A program made the position numbers and the translations under genes. Below are positions 53,272 to 64,000 of a DNA stretch of 64,000 nucleotides, one piece after another. This DNA is from Paraspadella gotoi (taxonomy: Eukaryota > Animalia > Chaetognatha), in NCBI GenBank assembly GCA_051294375.1, contig CM119263.1, positions 2,132,113 to 2,196,112 of the forward strand. The letters run 5' to 3'. A model generated the notes under the pieces. It was not told the origin of the DNA and ran no database searches. It saw only the letters and a program-made list of their open reading frames with translations. Position 1 is the stretch's first letter, and every line of letters begins with the position of its first letter.

Positions 53272-54933
53272 AGGAGAGACGAGAGGAGAGAGAGAGATGG
53301 ATTAGAGTCTTTATAAATTAAAATAATAACAATACATAGTTTCGGCGATCTTTTTTTAATCACAACCAGTGGTATATTCTAGGTGAAGTTTTCCTTTTTT
53401 TTTAACGTGAGAAAATCGTTCGGCGATAACTTCTAACTCATCGTGAACAATAAAAAAAAATTGGAGATTTTCAATCATCATCGATCATTGTAAGCGTGAA
53501 GGGTCACGTGATCGAATACATCATCTTCCAGTTCGACTGCCACCCTCCCCCCCCATTAGCCATCAACACAACAACAACAACAACGAAAACAAATCTCACC
53601 CCCCCCCCAAAAAAAAGAAATGGAACCTTAATAAACTCTTTGGATTATCCGAACCAATAATCACATTCGTTTTCACATCATCACCCGCGACGGAACCCCC
53701 CCCTTCCTAACCGGCTCGTGGACGACCTTGAGCACCATGAAGTACGTGGACACATGATGACGAGCGAATGAGAAGGTTGCTATGCAAACGACGAGGAGTA
53801 GATCTTGGTGCCTTCCAATCCGCAACTGAAGGATCCCCACTGTTTTGCAGGAACGTCTTCGGTGTTGAGGCTGGGGGGGGGCAAGTGCGGGGTAACGGAG
53901 AGGGAAAAGGGGAGGGAGGAAATGGTTAAGGGTTAAGTGTGGGGAGGGGGGACGAGGGTAAGAAGGGGGAAGAAAAAAAAAGAGAAGGAAGGAAAAAAGG
54001 AAAGGAAGAATGCGGGTTAAGGAGAGAATTAAAAACTGTGACAGAAAAAAGAGATAATTAAAACGGGGTTCTGATTCTTTAATTCATTGATTAATTAATT
54101 AATTATTAATTAGTTAATTAATTACTATCGTCAAAAACCGATCAAAAAGCGACAAAGAGAAGTACAAGCAAAGTTGATAAAGCAGACTCTCAAACCGAAG
54201 GAAACCAAAAAAAACGACGACAAAAATGAAAGCTGATTCGTTTTGTTAGAAAAGAAAGAAAAAAAAAGTTTCGTTGTTTTTTTTTTTTAAGACATTTTTC
54301 GATTTCGTACCGAATAATCGTCGTTCTTGTGTGTCTTCGTCTTTGTCGTCGTCTTCGTGTTGTCATCATCTTCTACGTAGTTTGTCGTCTTCGTCAGCGT
54401 CATTATACCCCACTGAGACATTTTCAACATCGACGTGATTTTTGTCATCGTCGTCGCGTAAAGGCCGGCGTAAGTCGGTGTGAACGGCGAAGTCTTTTGC
54501 GAAATGTCGTCGTTGTGAACGACTTCTTCTGTGAACGACTTCGTTGTGTCCTCGTTATAAAGCGTCGTCGTAGACGTCATTAAGCGAGGTTGTCGTCGTT
54601 GTGATCGTCGTCGTGTCAACGTCGTCTCGTCGTCGTCGTCGTCGTCGTCATCTTTGTTGATGTATATTTCACTTCTCATCCTCGATCCTCGGATGACATT
54701 CACAATCCGACAATCTCCGACTTACATCCTTCTTCAACGCGGACTCGACAAACTGACATAACCGTGACAGAACGTGACAGGACTCGAAATTCGGGGTGTT
54801 CACCGTGACTTAACCGTCCAAAACGTGACACGAGTCGAAACGGAGAGAACGATTCCTGGCTCCACTACGTACGCGTAGTGCGTACGCTCATTGTCCGCTC
54901 TGAATTGACCAAGAGTAATATTCGGACTTGTTT

Positions 54934-55030
<97 letters not shown>

Positions 55031-58000
55031 TTCAGCGGCTCAAACAAATGTCCAAAATGTACCAGTTTTGCATCGAAACTTGGAATTGTCCCCCAACAAT
55101 GTCATCCCAACCCCTGCTCGACCTTCCCCCCCGAACCATGACTTAACCCAAATGAATGGCAAAATGGAACCAAAACGGAAATGAACCAAAGAGGAAAATG
55201 GATTGGCAGCATTCGTTTGACATTCGAATCTCGTAGGACATCGGGTAATGGATGGCGTAGTATCGGTCTGTGGGAGATGGATGATGGATAGAAAGAGGGA
55301 TGAGTGATGAGGAAGTAGGGAAAGAAAGGAGGAAAGGAGAAAGAGGGAAGGAAGGATTGGAGGAAAGGAGAAAGAAAGAAGGAGGAACGAAAGAAGATGA
55401 GGAAATTAAGAAAGAAAAAATGGAATAAAAGAGGAGGAAAAGAAAGAATGAAAGAGGGAAAGTGAAAGAAAGGAGGAAAAAATGAGTAAAAGAATGAGGA
55501 AAAAAGAAACAAAGAAAGAATAAGTGAAAGAAGTAAAAAAATTTAATTTCTTTATAATTCTTCATCATATTATCATAATCATCATGGATTCATCATAGAT
55601 GATAAATATAATCATCGAGCCAAATCATCATAATCAACACAAATTTTTTGTCATAATCATATCTCTCCTCATAATCGTAATCGTTCATCATCATTGATCA
55701 TCATCATCATCATCATCATCTCCCCATCATCATCTTCCCATAATCCATCACCCAAGGAGATGGAAGAGATGGAGAATTGATGCGGTGCACACATCACATC
55801 GAGTGAACGTAGAGATTGCAGGCGGTGAGACCGAAGGGCACTGTCCGTGAGATCGTGATGGTGGAGAAGGGAGGACGAGGAGCCTGGATGTGAGGGGAAG
55901 GGTGAGGAAGAGGGGAAATAGAAAAGGGAAGAAAGAAGAGGAAAGAAAGGAAAAGAGGAGGGAAGGAAAGGAAAGGAAGAGAAAGGAAAGGAAAGGAAAG
56001 GAAAGAAAGAATAGTTTATAATTTTTTTATGAATGAGATAGTTTTTGTTACTGATATATCAAAAAATTTTTTTTTCAAGGAAATATATTTTTTTACCCCC
56101 TGCGATATGGGATAGCATAGTCGTAGAAGCCCCTAAAAAATTATAAATAGGTATTGTCCTAGGAGTGGAAAATCAGAGTTCCCCCTGTTTATATTCTGGG
56201 GACAAAAAGAATGAGGAAGAAGAAAAAGGAAGGAAAGGATCAGGAGAAAAAAGTGTCACTGTGACGTTTTTTTCTTTTTTTTCTTTTTTTTTAGCTTCGA
56301 CTCAACTGTGAAGCGACCAAGTCACACCAAAAAATATGAGGCTGATTTACTGCAGCGACGCCTTTAGTAATGTACGAGGACATCTGGAGCTTTAGTAACG
56401 AGTTGGAGTCCGTATCTTTTCGGCTTATTTTCTATTATAGTATTGGAAAGAACTTTTAATTCGCCGCGTTAAATATAGAGAGAAAAAAAACCTCGAAAAA
56501 AATTATTATTTCGGTTAAAGCGGCACATTCGCCAATTAGTGTATCATTTTATAAATACAATTATTCATGAATTTTAAAAAAATATTTAATCACAGAAAAG
56601 ACAAATGGCCGTAGAGAGAACCCGGATCTTCGCTCGGGCAGAATTTGTAGTCACGAAAAGGATTTTAATCTCCTTCGCTATGAGCGTAAGTGGACTGAGA
56701 GCTTTCTTTGAATATGCAATCTTAAATTTAACCTTTTTTAGATTGATTCTTTTTAATTTTATGAAAGCAGATTCACAAACAGAAAATTGTTTTATCTTCT
56801 TTGACGCAGAAACATCAAATTCTTAGAACATGTTTCATATTTTGAGTCTAACTTTTAATAAAAATTTTAAAAATATAATTTTGAAAATTACTTTTTTAAT
56901 AGCCTACTATACTATACTGTTATGTAACAAAATGTTAAAAATATATTTTAAACTTGATAATGTACTAGATTTTTCTAGTTTAATAACTCAAAACAATTTT
57001 GAATTCGCTGTGATGAGTGTTTCACCCCTAGATTGAGTATAGAGGTTTAATTCTTAGCCTATAGCAAAAGACGAGAAGTGGAGTGGAACAAGAGGGAAGT
57101 TGATGCGAAGTTTGAAAAATGTTTAAAGAAGTGGGAAGATTTTTAGGAAGGTAAGTCAGAGATAAATCTTTTGGCTTCTTTCCTACTTCTTTGTTATGAC
57201 CTTTAATTCTCCCTCCCGGCTTTTCTATACGTACCGCTCTCCCAATTGTTGCTCTCTTTTTCCAAAAGTGGGCCCATTTCAAGTTCCTTAATCCCAGATT
57301 TTAATTTTTAACTTAGTATTTTACTAAACCCATAAATCCAATCTCTCCTAATCCATAACCCTACCCTTACCCTAAACCTTAAACTTTAATCCTTTAACCC
57401 TTAACCTTTAAACTCTAATCTTAACCCTGAACCCTAAACCTTAACTTCTAATCCTTAACCCTGAAAACCCCTGAAGCCTTAAACACTCTAATCCTTTAAC
57501 ACTAAAACGTTAAACCCTGAAACAACTTTAATCCTCTATCCCTAAACTTTTTTCTCTCTTCCCCTCTTTCCTTCTCATGGATTTTTTGCCCATCTTCACT
57601 CTTACCCTCTTTCCCTCCTCTTCATTCTTTCCTCCCATCCTCTTTCCTTCGCCTCCTCTTTACCACTTCCTTTCCCTACCTCTCCTGTTCTCCTTCCCTT
57701 TTACCTCCCTTCCATTTTCTTCCCTTCCCTCTCTCCCTTCCTTTCCCTATTCTCTTTCCTCTTCTCCTCTAACCTCCTCTTGTCTCTTCCTTTACCTCCC
57801 TTCCTTTTTCTCTTTCCTCCTTCCATTCTCCTCCTCCTCCCTCTTTCCTCCTTCACCTCCCTCTTTTTTATTCCCTTCTCCTCCTCCCTCTTCTTTTCTC
57901 GTACTTTCTCCTTTCCTCCTTTACCTTAATTTCTTTCCTCTCCTTATTTTCCTCCCTTTCCTCCGTGTCCTTCTTTGTGAAGAAAGTAGCAAAGGAGGAA

Positions 58001-58749
58001 AGGAAAGACTCCCACTTCGGTCTTCATTGAAGGCGAACTTGAAAGGAGAAACGAACCAAAGCCACAACAAATAGTTCGGGCGAGACGGGGAGCGGTGAGT
58101 GCGTGAGTTGGTGATTTGTGACGTGGTTAGTGTGATCGGTGAGCGTGCAAGTGCGTGAGCGGTGAGCGCATGATGGTGAGTGGTTATGGTTGAGCGGTGA
58201 GTGTTAGTGCGTGAGTGGCGTAGGATAGGAGAAATAAAAATTGTTTTCAAGGAGAGGAAAGTAGAAGAAAAATGGAAAGAGAAAATAATATCAGTAGTAA
58301 ATAGTGGCTTGTCAGGCGAGGTACACAATGGCGGGGAGCAGCTAAAATATTAAGTGATCTAAAATATTTTTTGCAGCCTTAATTAATTATTGATTTCAGA
58401 TGATTGCATTGCTTCTGATTTGCATAATTATTCAAAAAATATCTTACTTTCTTTGTACAGAACTTGAACTCATTGGAACGGAAAATTTATTAGCTTGATA
58501 TTTTAATGTTTCATTCACGCGAATTGATAACAACATTTATCATCAGCATGTTTGTAATACTAATAATACTAATAATACTACTTAAATACAATAAATACTA
58601 CATAATACTATTAGAGGAGAACAACAACTTTCAACCACCCAAAAAACTCACCCAACAAAAGGTCGGTGTGGCCGAGTGAGTGATGACGAAGCTTTGGGTG
58701 ACTTCTCAGGTGTTGATCACCACCGCAGCTTAACAGACCAACACGTTGC
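53049..58749 (-). pseudogene. Third, frameshifted copy of GPCR exons TM1 to TM6-start
   Basis: Matches 38592-44292 at offset +14457. Confidence 0.55.
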
Positions 58750-59124
58750 CTGAGGTGGACGGACAGAGAAAGGAAATGAGGAGAGGGAAAATAAAGGGAG
58801 AGAGAAAGAAGAGAAGTTGTAAGAAGAAGAAGAAGGAAAGGCAGAAAAAGAAGAACGAAGAAGGAAGAAGAAACTTCTAATTGAGTAGTGAGAAGTTTGG
58901 CCACATATACACGAGTTATTTTGGTGACCGACGGCCGCTAATGGGTTTTAGAAGGAGTCCGCCACGAGACATGTCGCTTTGGCTTTCGTTCACAACTTCG
59001 TTCTATTTTTAGAACTTGGAAAAATAAAAGATCGAAGACGAAAATCTTTCACGTCCGCCTGATTCTTTGATGACATTATATATGTTGTAGTACAATGAGT
59101 GTACTATTTTATTAATATCAGCTC

Positions 59125-59880
59125 TGTGTGCAACAATGACTTTTTAAAGCTTGCCTCACTGCTGTCCGTCCTCAGCCTCGTCTCCAATGGCTGAAGCAGG
59201 CTAATCATCTCATTCCATCGTGGCTCCCGGGTTTTCAATCCTGCGGGTATCCCAGGTTCTGAGCTTAAAGTGTGTACGTCCGGTATTAAAACTTGCCACA
59301 AGAGGACCGATCAACTGAGGTCCGCAGCCCCTACGCCAGTGGTGAGATACCCCGCCGCCCCCGGGTATCACAGGCTATCCTCCCGTTGCCATAAGTTGGT
59401 GCCCTACTTCTCGAACACGCAACCGTCTGCGCACCGTCGCGCCCGACGCTTACGTCGCTTAGGGTTATGCATATCACGCTTGCCCTACTTCTCTGGTACG
59501 CTCAGAACTCGCTCGCTCGCTCGCCGCGCTCGCCTCACTATGGCAATGAGATCAAAAACCTTCTCTCAACATCTCCCTCAGGATTTGAGGCCCTGGGAAG
59601 AAGTCTGGTGGGGATCCTTGCAGCAAGACTTAAAGCTGCCTCACTGCTGTTCCGTCCTCAGCCCTCGTCTCAATGGCTAGCAGGCTAAATCATCTCATTC
59701 CATCCGTGCGTCCGGGTTCAATCCCTGGGTAATCCCAGTCGTGCTTAAATGTGGAAGGTGCCCGGTATAAAACATGCCCAGTTGACAGGGAGGCGGTCAC
59801 TGAGGCGTCCGCAGCCCCTACCCAGTTGGTGAGCATACGCCCGCGACCCCGGGAATCACGGCTATCCTCCCGTTGCCATA
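59125..59880 (+). mobile_element. TRIM, duplicate of 44668-45423
   Basis: Same sequence with GCTC TSD at 59121-59124 and 59881-59884. Confidence 0.85.
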
Positions 59881-62800
59881 GCTCCTTGTATTTTAACGCT
59901 TAGCTGCGAGGTACAAAACAGTATTCCCGAATCTAACAACTTAAGGAGTGGTTCTTTTTCGTATACAATTTTGAAAGATTCTTTGAAAATATCTTACCAC
60001 TTCATTGATAGGGAAGCCAGATACTCTGGGAATGAATAAACGAGCACATGTGAGTGGAAGTCCTTGATTTTTATATATTATTTAATATCTAGTAAGATTG
60101 ATGGAGACTTAATCCAGGGTAGCCGTCCAACGCTGGGCAAGATAGCTTATGACAATGTGTACATCATATAATAATTACCCATTCATTTAATAAACAAGAC
60201 TATCTTGCCCCTGACTTTAACAGTGCTTTTGGTGTTTAAGGGCCTCCATTGTGACGAACATCAAGAACACTCCCACACCATCACTCTACAAGACAATGAC
60301 ATAGCAAGTCCCTGCAGCTTTCTATCAGACTTTCACTCTTATCTCACTTTCTCTCTTATATAATAACTGAATGGATAATTTCATAATGGCCTCTTCTCGT
60401 CACTGCTTCCCGGTGCCTCCCTATCTGCCTTTTCTTGAAGTTTTCTAAGAGATATACCGCCTTCTATCTCCCAACTTTTCTCTTTAATCTTTTTTAAAAA
60501 ACTTTGTATTATTTTCCATTAACTCGTTCTCGACGCTAAAACTCGTTCGTGGAACTGTCTGAAAAAGAAATCTCTCGCTCGATTCACTTCAATTTTACGA
60601 TTAAAACGACGTATTATATTTAAGAATAATAATATAATAAAATTAAATAAGTCAGAGCACTTCCTGTGGGATAACGCATTATACTTGTGTAGACAAGCGT
60701 TTTATGGGCCTATCTGAATCCGTTCGTTAAAAAAATTTAAATTATTATACAATTTTTTTTTTTCATTGCCTATGTTTTAATAAATATTTATAGGCTTCAA
60801 TGTCTAATCTTGTGCTCACTAGTTAAAAAAAGTGATAATGAATATTGATAATAGTATATGAGACAAATGAATTTTATTATTTACAGAACTGATTTCAATT
60901 TCGGCCCGCCTTAAAAGCTAAATGACTTGAAAACTGCATTTGTTTGCTTTATGTATCTTAGTTATGCCTGACTGAAATTGGCGTAACCGGAACATAACCA
61001 TCAAAACCAGCTGGGCTCATTTAAATTTTTTTTTTGGTATTTTTTGTATCTTTTTCAATTATAAAATTAAAAAAGAAAATGTACACGCGATTTTCAATGC
61101 GGAGTGAAATGAAAATATTAATTACAATGTCTAAAATCACTGTAGTTTTAGCAGCTTTCAGATTTTGTTCACCCAGGTAAAAATTGCTGATTTTTTTTTT
61201 ATACCCCAATAGTTCCAGCTTAGTTATGTTCTTATCAATACCAAGGTCGAATTTTAAAGAAAAGGACAATTCCTTGCATTGAAAAAGACCTTTCTTATTA
61301 AAAAAATGACATATGTCAAAAAAATTTAGTTTGTCTTATAGATATATACAAATTTTTTATTTAAATTTTATATTTTAAATTTTCTAGTTTAAAACATATA
61401 GAATATAAAATTTCACATTGAAATAAATAAGAAAATAAACATTGGCATAAAAGCTTGTTGCCTCGTAATTTAAAATATGAATAATAAGAATTTTTTTTAC
61501 TATTGCTCCAAACATTAAAACTCACATAAAAAAATTTAAAAAAAAGTTTTCTAAAATTTGGAATCTCAAAATAAGAGTGAAAAAGTGTGCTGAAAAAGCT
61601 CCTGCAATGAATCTTGCCACCAATTGTTATGATGTAAAGTATTTTTAATTTTTTTATTAAAAACCAACAAACGCAAATATCAATCATAGTCAGTTAGTTA
61701 AGAGTATAACGACTCTTTTTCATTCACTCCCATTTGAAATTCCTGTATATGCAAACGTCCTGGGGGGGCCAAGGTCTAAAACGAACAAGCGCTCAACGCT
61801 TGTTTATATTTCCGTGAAAATTTATTCTGTATTCACCACTGCAAACAGGGGAATGACAAAAGCTTTTGTATATTTCTTCTTTTGTTTTTAATTTTTTACT
61901 CTGAAAAGCACTGTCAATAGTCAATACCACAAATGAAGCAGATTTTTCTTGGATTTTATATTCTAAAGTTCCGGAAAATTAGTAAAAAACCACTTCGGAA
62001 ATTGATAATATATATTTAAAGAGAAATGAACGAAAGGAAAATCTAATCTAAATAAACTAGTAGAATATGTAAAATTCGTTTATTTAAAATCTATTTATAT
62101 TTAGAGAAAAAAAATTGAAATAAGTTATAACGCAATTTCTTTTATTTAGAAATTATATATAGCGTAACTGAAAGTAAAAATGTTGAATCGCCTCTCAGTC
62201 TGCCGACGGTATTCGCCCAATGAACCTAAAATTATTTTTGGTCAACGACTTAATCAACATCTAAGGATCAACAGAAGAAGATGAATGAAGAAGAAGAGAC
62301 AGAAGAAGAAGAAAAGAAGAAGAAGAAGAAGATGAATAAGAATGAGAGAAGGAGAAGAAGAAGAAAATGAAAGGAAAGCAAAAAAGAAGGAAAAAAGAAG
62401 GAAAGACCTCTCGTTTTGTTCGCGCCCAAGAATCTCAAAATAACTGGCGCTTAAGATACTACTAGATACTGTAAAGGCTAAGCATGTTATTAATCGTGCA
62501 TTGAATTCGCAGTAGGAATTGGAGCCCAGCTTAAAAAAGTCACTGGCCAGAATACTCTGCCGCAGCTAAAAAAGACCCGGCGGATCTCTGCCCACAGCTT
62601 AAAAGGCACTTGGCAGGATCTCGCCCGGCAGCTTAAAAATACGCCTGGACGAGATCTCTGCCACAGCTTAATAAGGGCACTTGCTGAGAATCCTTTACCG
62701 CCAGCGTTAAAAAGACGCCGGGACGGATCTCTGCCGCCACTAAAAAATCACCTGGCCGGAGATCTCTACCGCCAGGTTAAAAAGTCACCTGGCCGGGTAT

Positions 62801-64000
62801 CTCACCACAGTTAATAGACATCTTTTCTTGGGATGGGGAAAATTCTCTAAGGTCACGTAGGGCCGATCTGTCTGCCGCAGCTTAAAAAGACCCTGAGGGA
62901 TCTCTGATGCAGCTTAAAAAGATGACAAGACCAGGATTCTCTGCTTGCAGCCTTAAAAGGACACTGCCCGGATCTCTGCCACAGCTTTAAAGAGTCGCCT
63001 GGATTGGACTCTCTGTATGCTTAGGTAGCCGCACTTCAATGCGAGGAGTCAAAGATTTAGAGTCAGTACATGCTCAACGAAATCATTTAAGGACATTTTT
63101 AAGAATACTTTCAATGGACAAAAAAATTCTAATACATAATAATAATACCCTAGAAAAGACCTCCCAGAAATATCACACATTGTTGAAAGTTGTTGATTCT
63201 TGCCAAAGTTTCTCCATTCCCGAATTTTTCTGTAGAACAACCAACCGTCGAATGCTCTTTATCGACTTTCCTCGCACTTTTGGCGCGACACTACTTTACC
63301 GGTTGAAAAAAGACACAGATTTTGAAAGACCAAGCAGTTATTCGTTCAGCATGGCTTAGTAAAATTAATCCAAATTATATTTACTTAAACGCTTATACTT
63401 TACATTTTTTTTGTTTTGGTTCCACAATGATGTAAAAACGATACACAATTAAAAAGACATATATTAAAATTGCAACAAATATTTTTTACATAATCGGTTT
63501 TTACAAGATTGTCAACTAATTTTAAGAATAAATTTTGATTACAATTAGAACTATTATGGGATTATTCAACCCATGAGCCGACATTGAATTCCCAAGCGGT
63601 CAATCTAATGCCAAAAAAAAATATATTTTTTTAAGATTTATATTTTTTTTCTTCTAAACAGTTTTTAATATGTGGGTGTGAATTTCTTGAAAGTCAATAT
63701 TTGAAAATAAGAAAATGTTTTTTATTTTTGAATTATGTTAAGGTTTGATGTAACGAAAACTGCTTTTTTCATTCATTGATGCCTTAAAAAAATTTTTATT
63801 CAAAAAATAACGACTATGATTATTAAACCAATGAGTTTTTGTTAGTAATAAAAAGGACAAGTTTTGACTTTAATCCAAGCCTTCTTCAGCGCTTATTAGT
63901 GCATAGTGCAATTTTTCTGCTAATACTCATCGTTAATCGTTTAATCTTCTTATTGTCTAAATTGTTTCAAATTGTCTTTTTTATTCAGAAAAAAAAAAAA

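Larger units (their letters stand above)
52181..64000 (+). repeat. Copy 3: apparently exact duplicate of 37724-49543 (offset 14457)
   Basis: Every ORF in the track recurs with identical translation at +14457, including error-like frameshifts; starts just after an N gap. Confidence 0.95.

Noticed and set aside
38592-58749. A tandem family of three H2-like receptor paralogs
   Set aside because: Copies 2 and 3 are partial, differ from copy 1 mostly by random 1-nt indels and match each other; best explained as a haplotype plus an assembly duplicate.

Overview
Eukaryotic, AT-rich animal genomic DNA with many (GA)n/(CT)n microsatellites, GT-AG introns and N gaps. The composition suggests an arthropod, possibly a crustacean (inference only). 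Almost all ORFs in the supplied track are spurious microsatellite or intron translations. Two spliced genes can be reconstructed by hand. (1) The last three exons of a myelin proteolipid/M6-family tetraspan gene on + (132-1052). (2) A convergent minus-strand class A aminergic GPCR (32264 to 6204) whose TM segments most resemble the vertebrate histamine H2 receptor. It is followed by four phase-compatible exons encoding a ~650-aa low-complexity C-tail; its N-terminal/TM1 exon was not found. The introns carry a pol-less BEL/Pao-gag-like LTR element, a degraded gag+env-like LTR element, a Tc1/mariner MITE, a hAT-like foldback MITE and a 35-bp minisatellite. The right half is a second, indel-ridden copy of ~22640-37720 (37724-52180), followed by an apparently base-identical third copy (52181-64000, offset 14457). 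These are probably an uncollapsed haplotype plus an assembly duplication. Comparing copies exposes insertion polymorphisms, including a ~756-bp miniature LTR element (TRIM) whose LTRs appear to carry tRNA-like Pol III A/B boxes.
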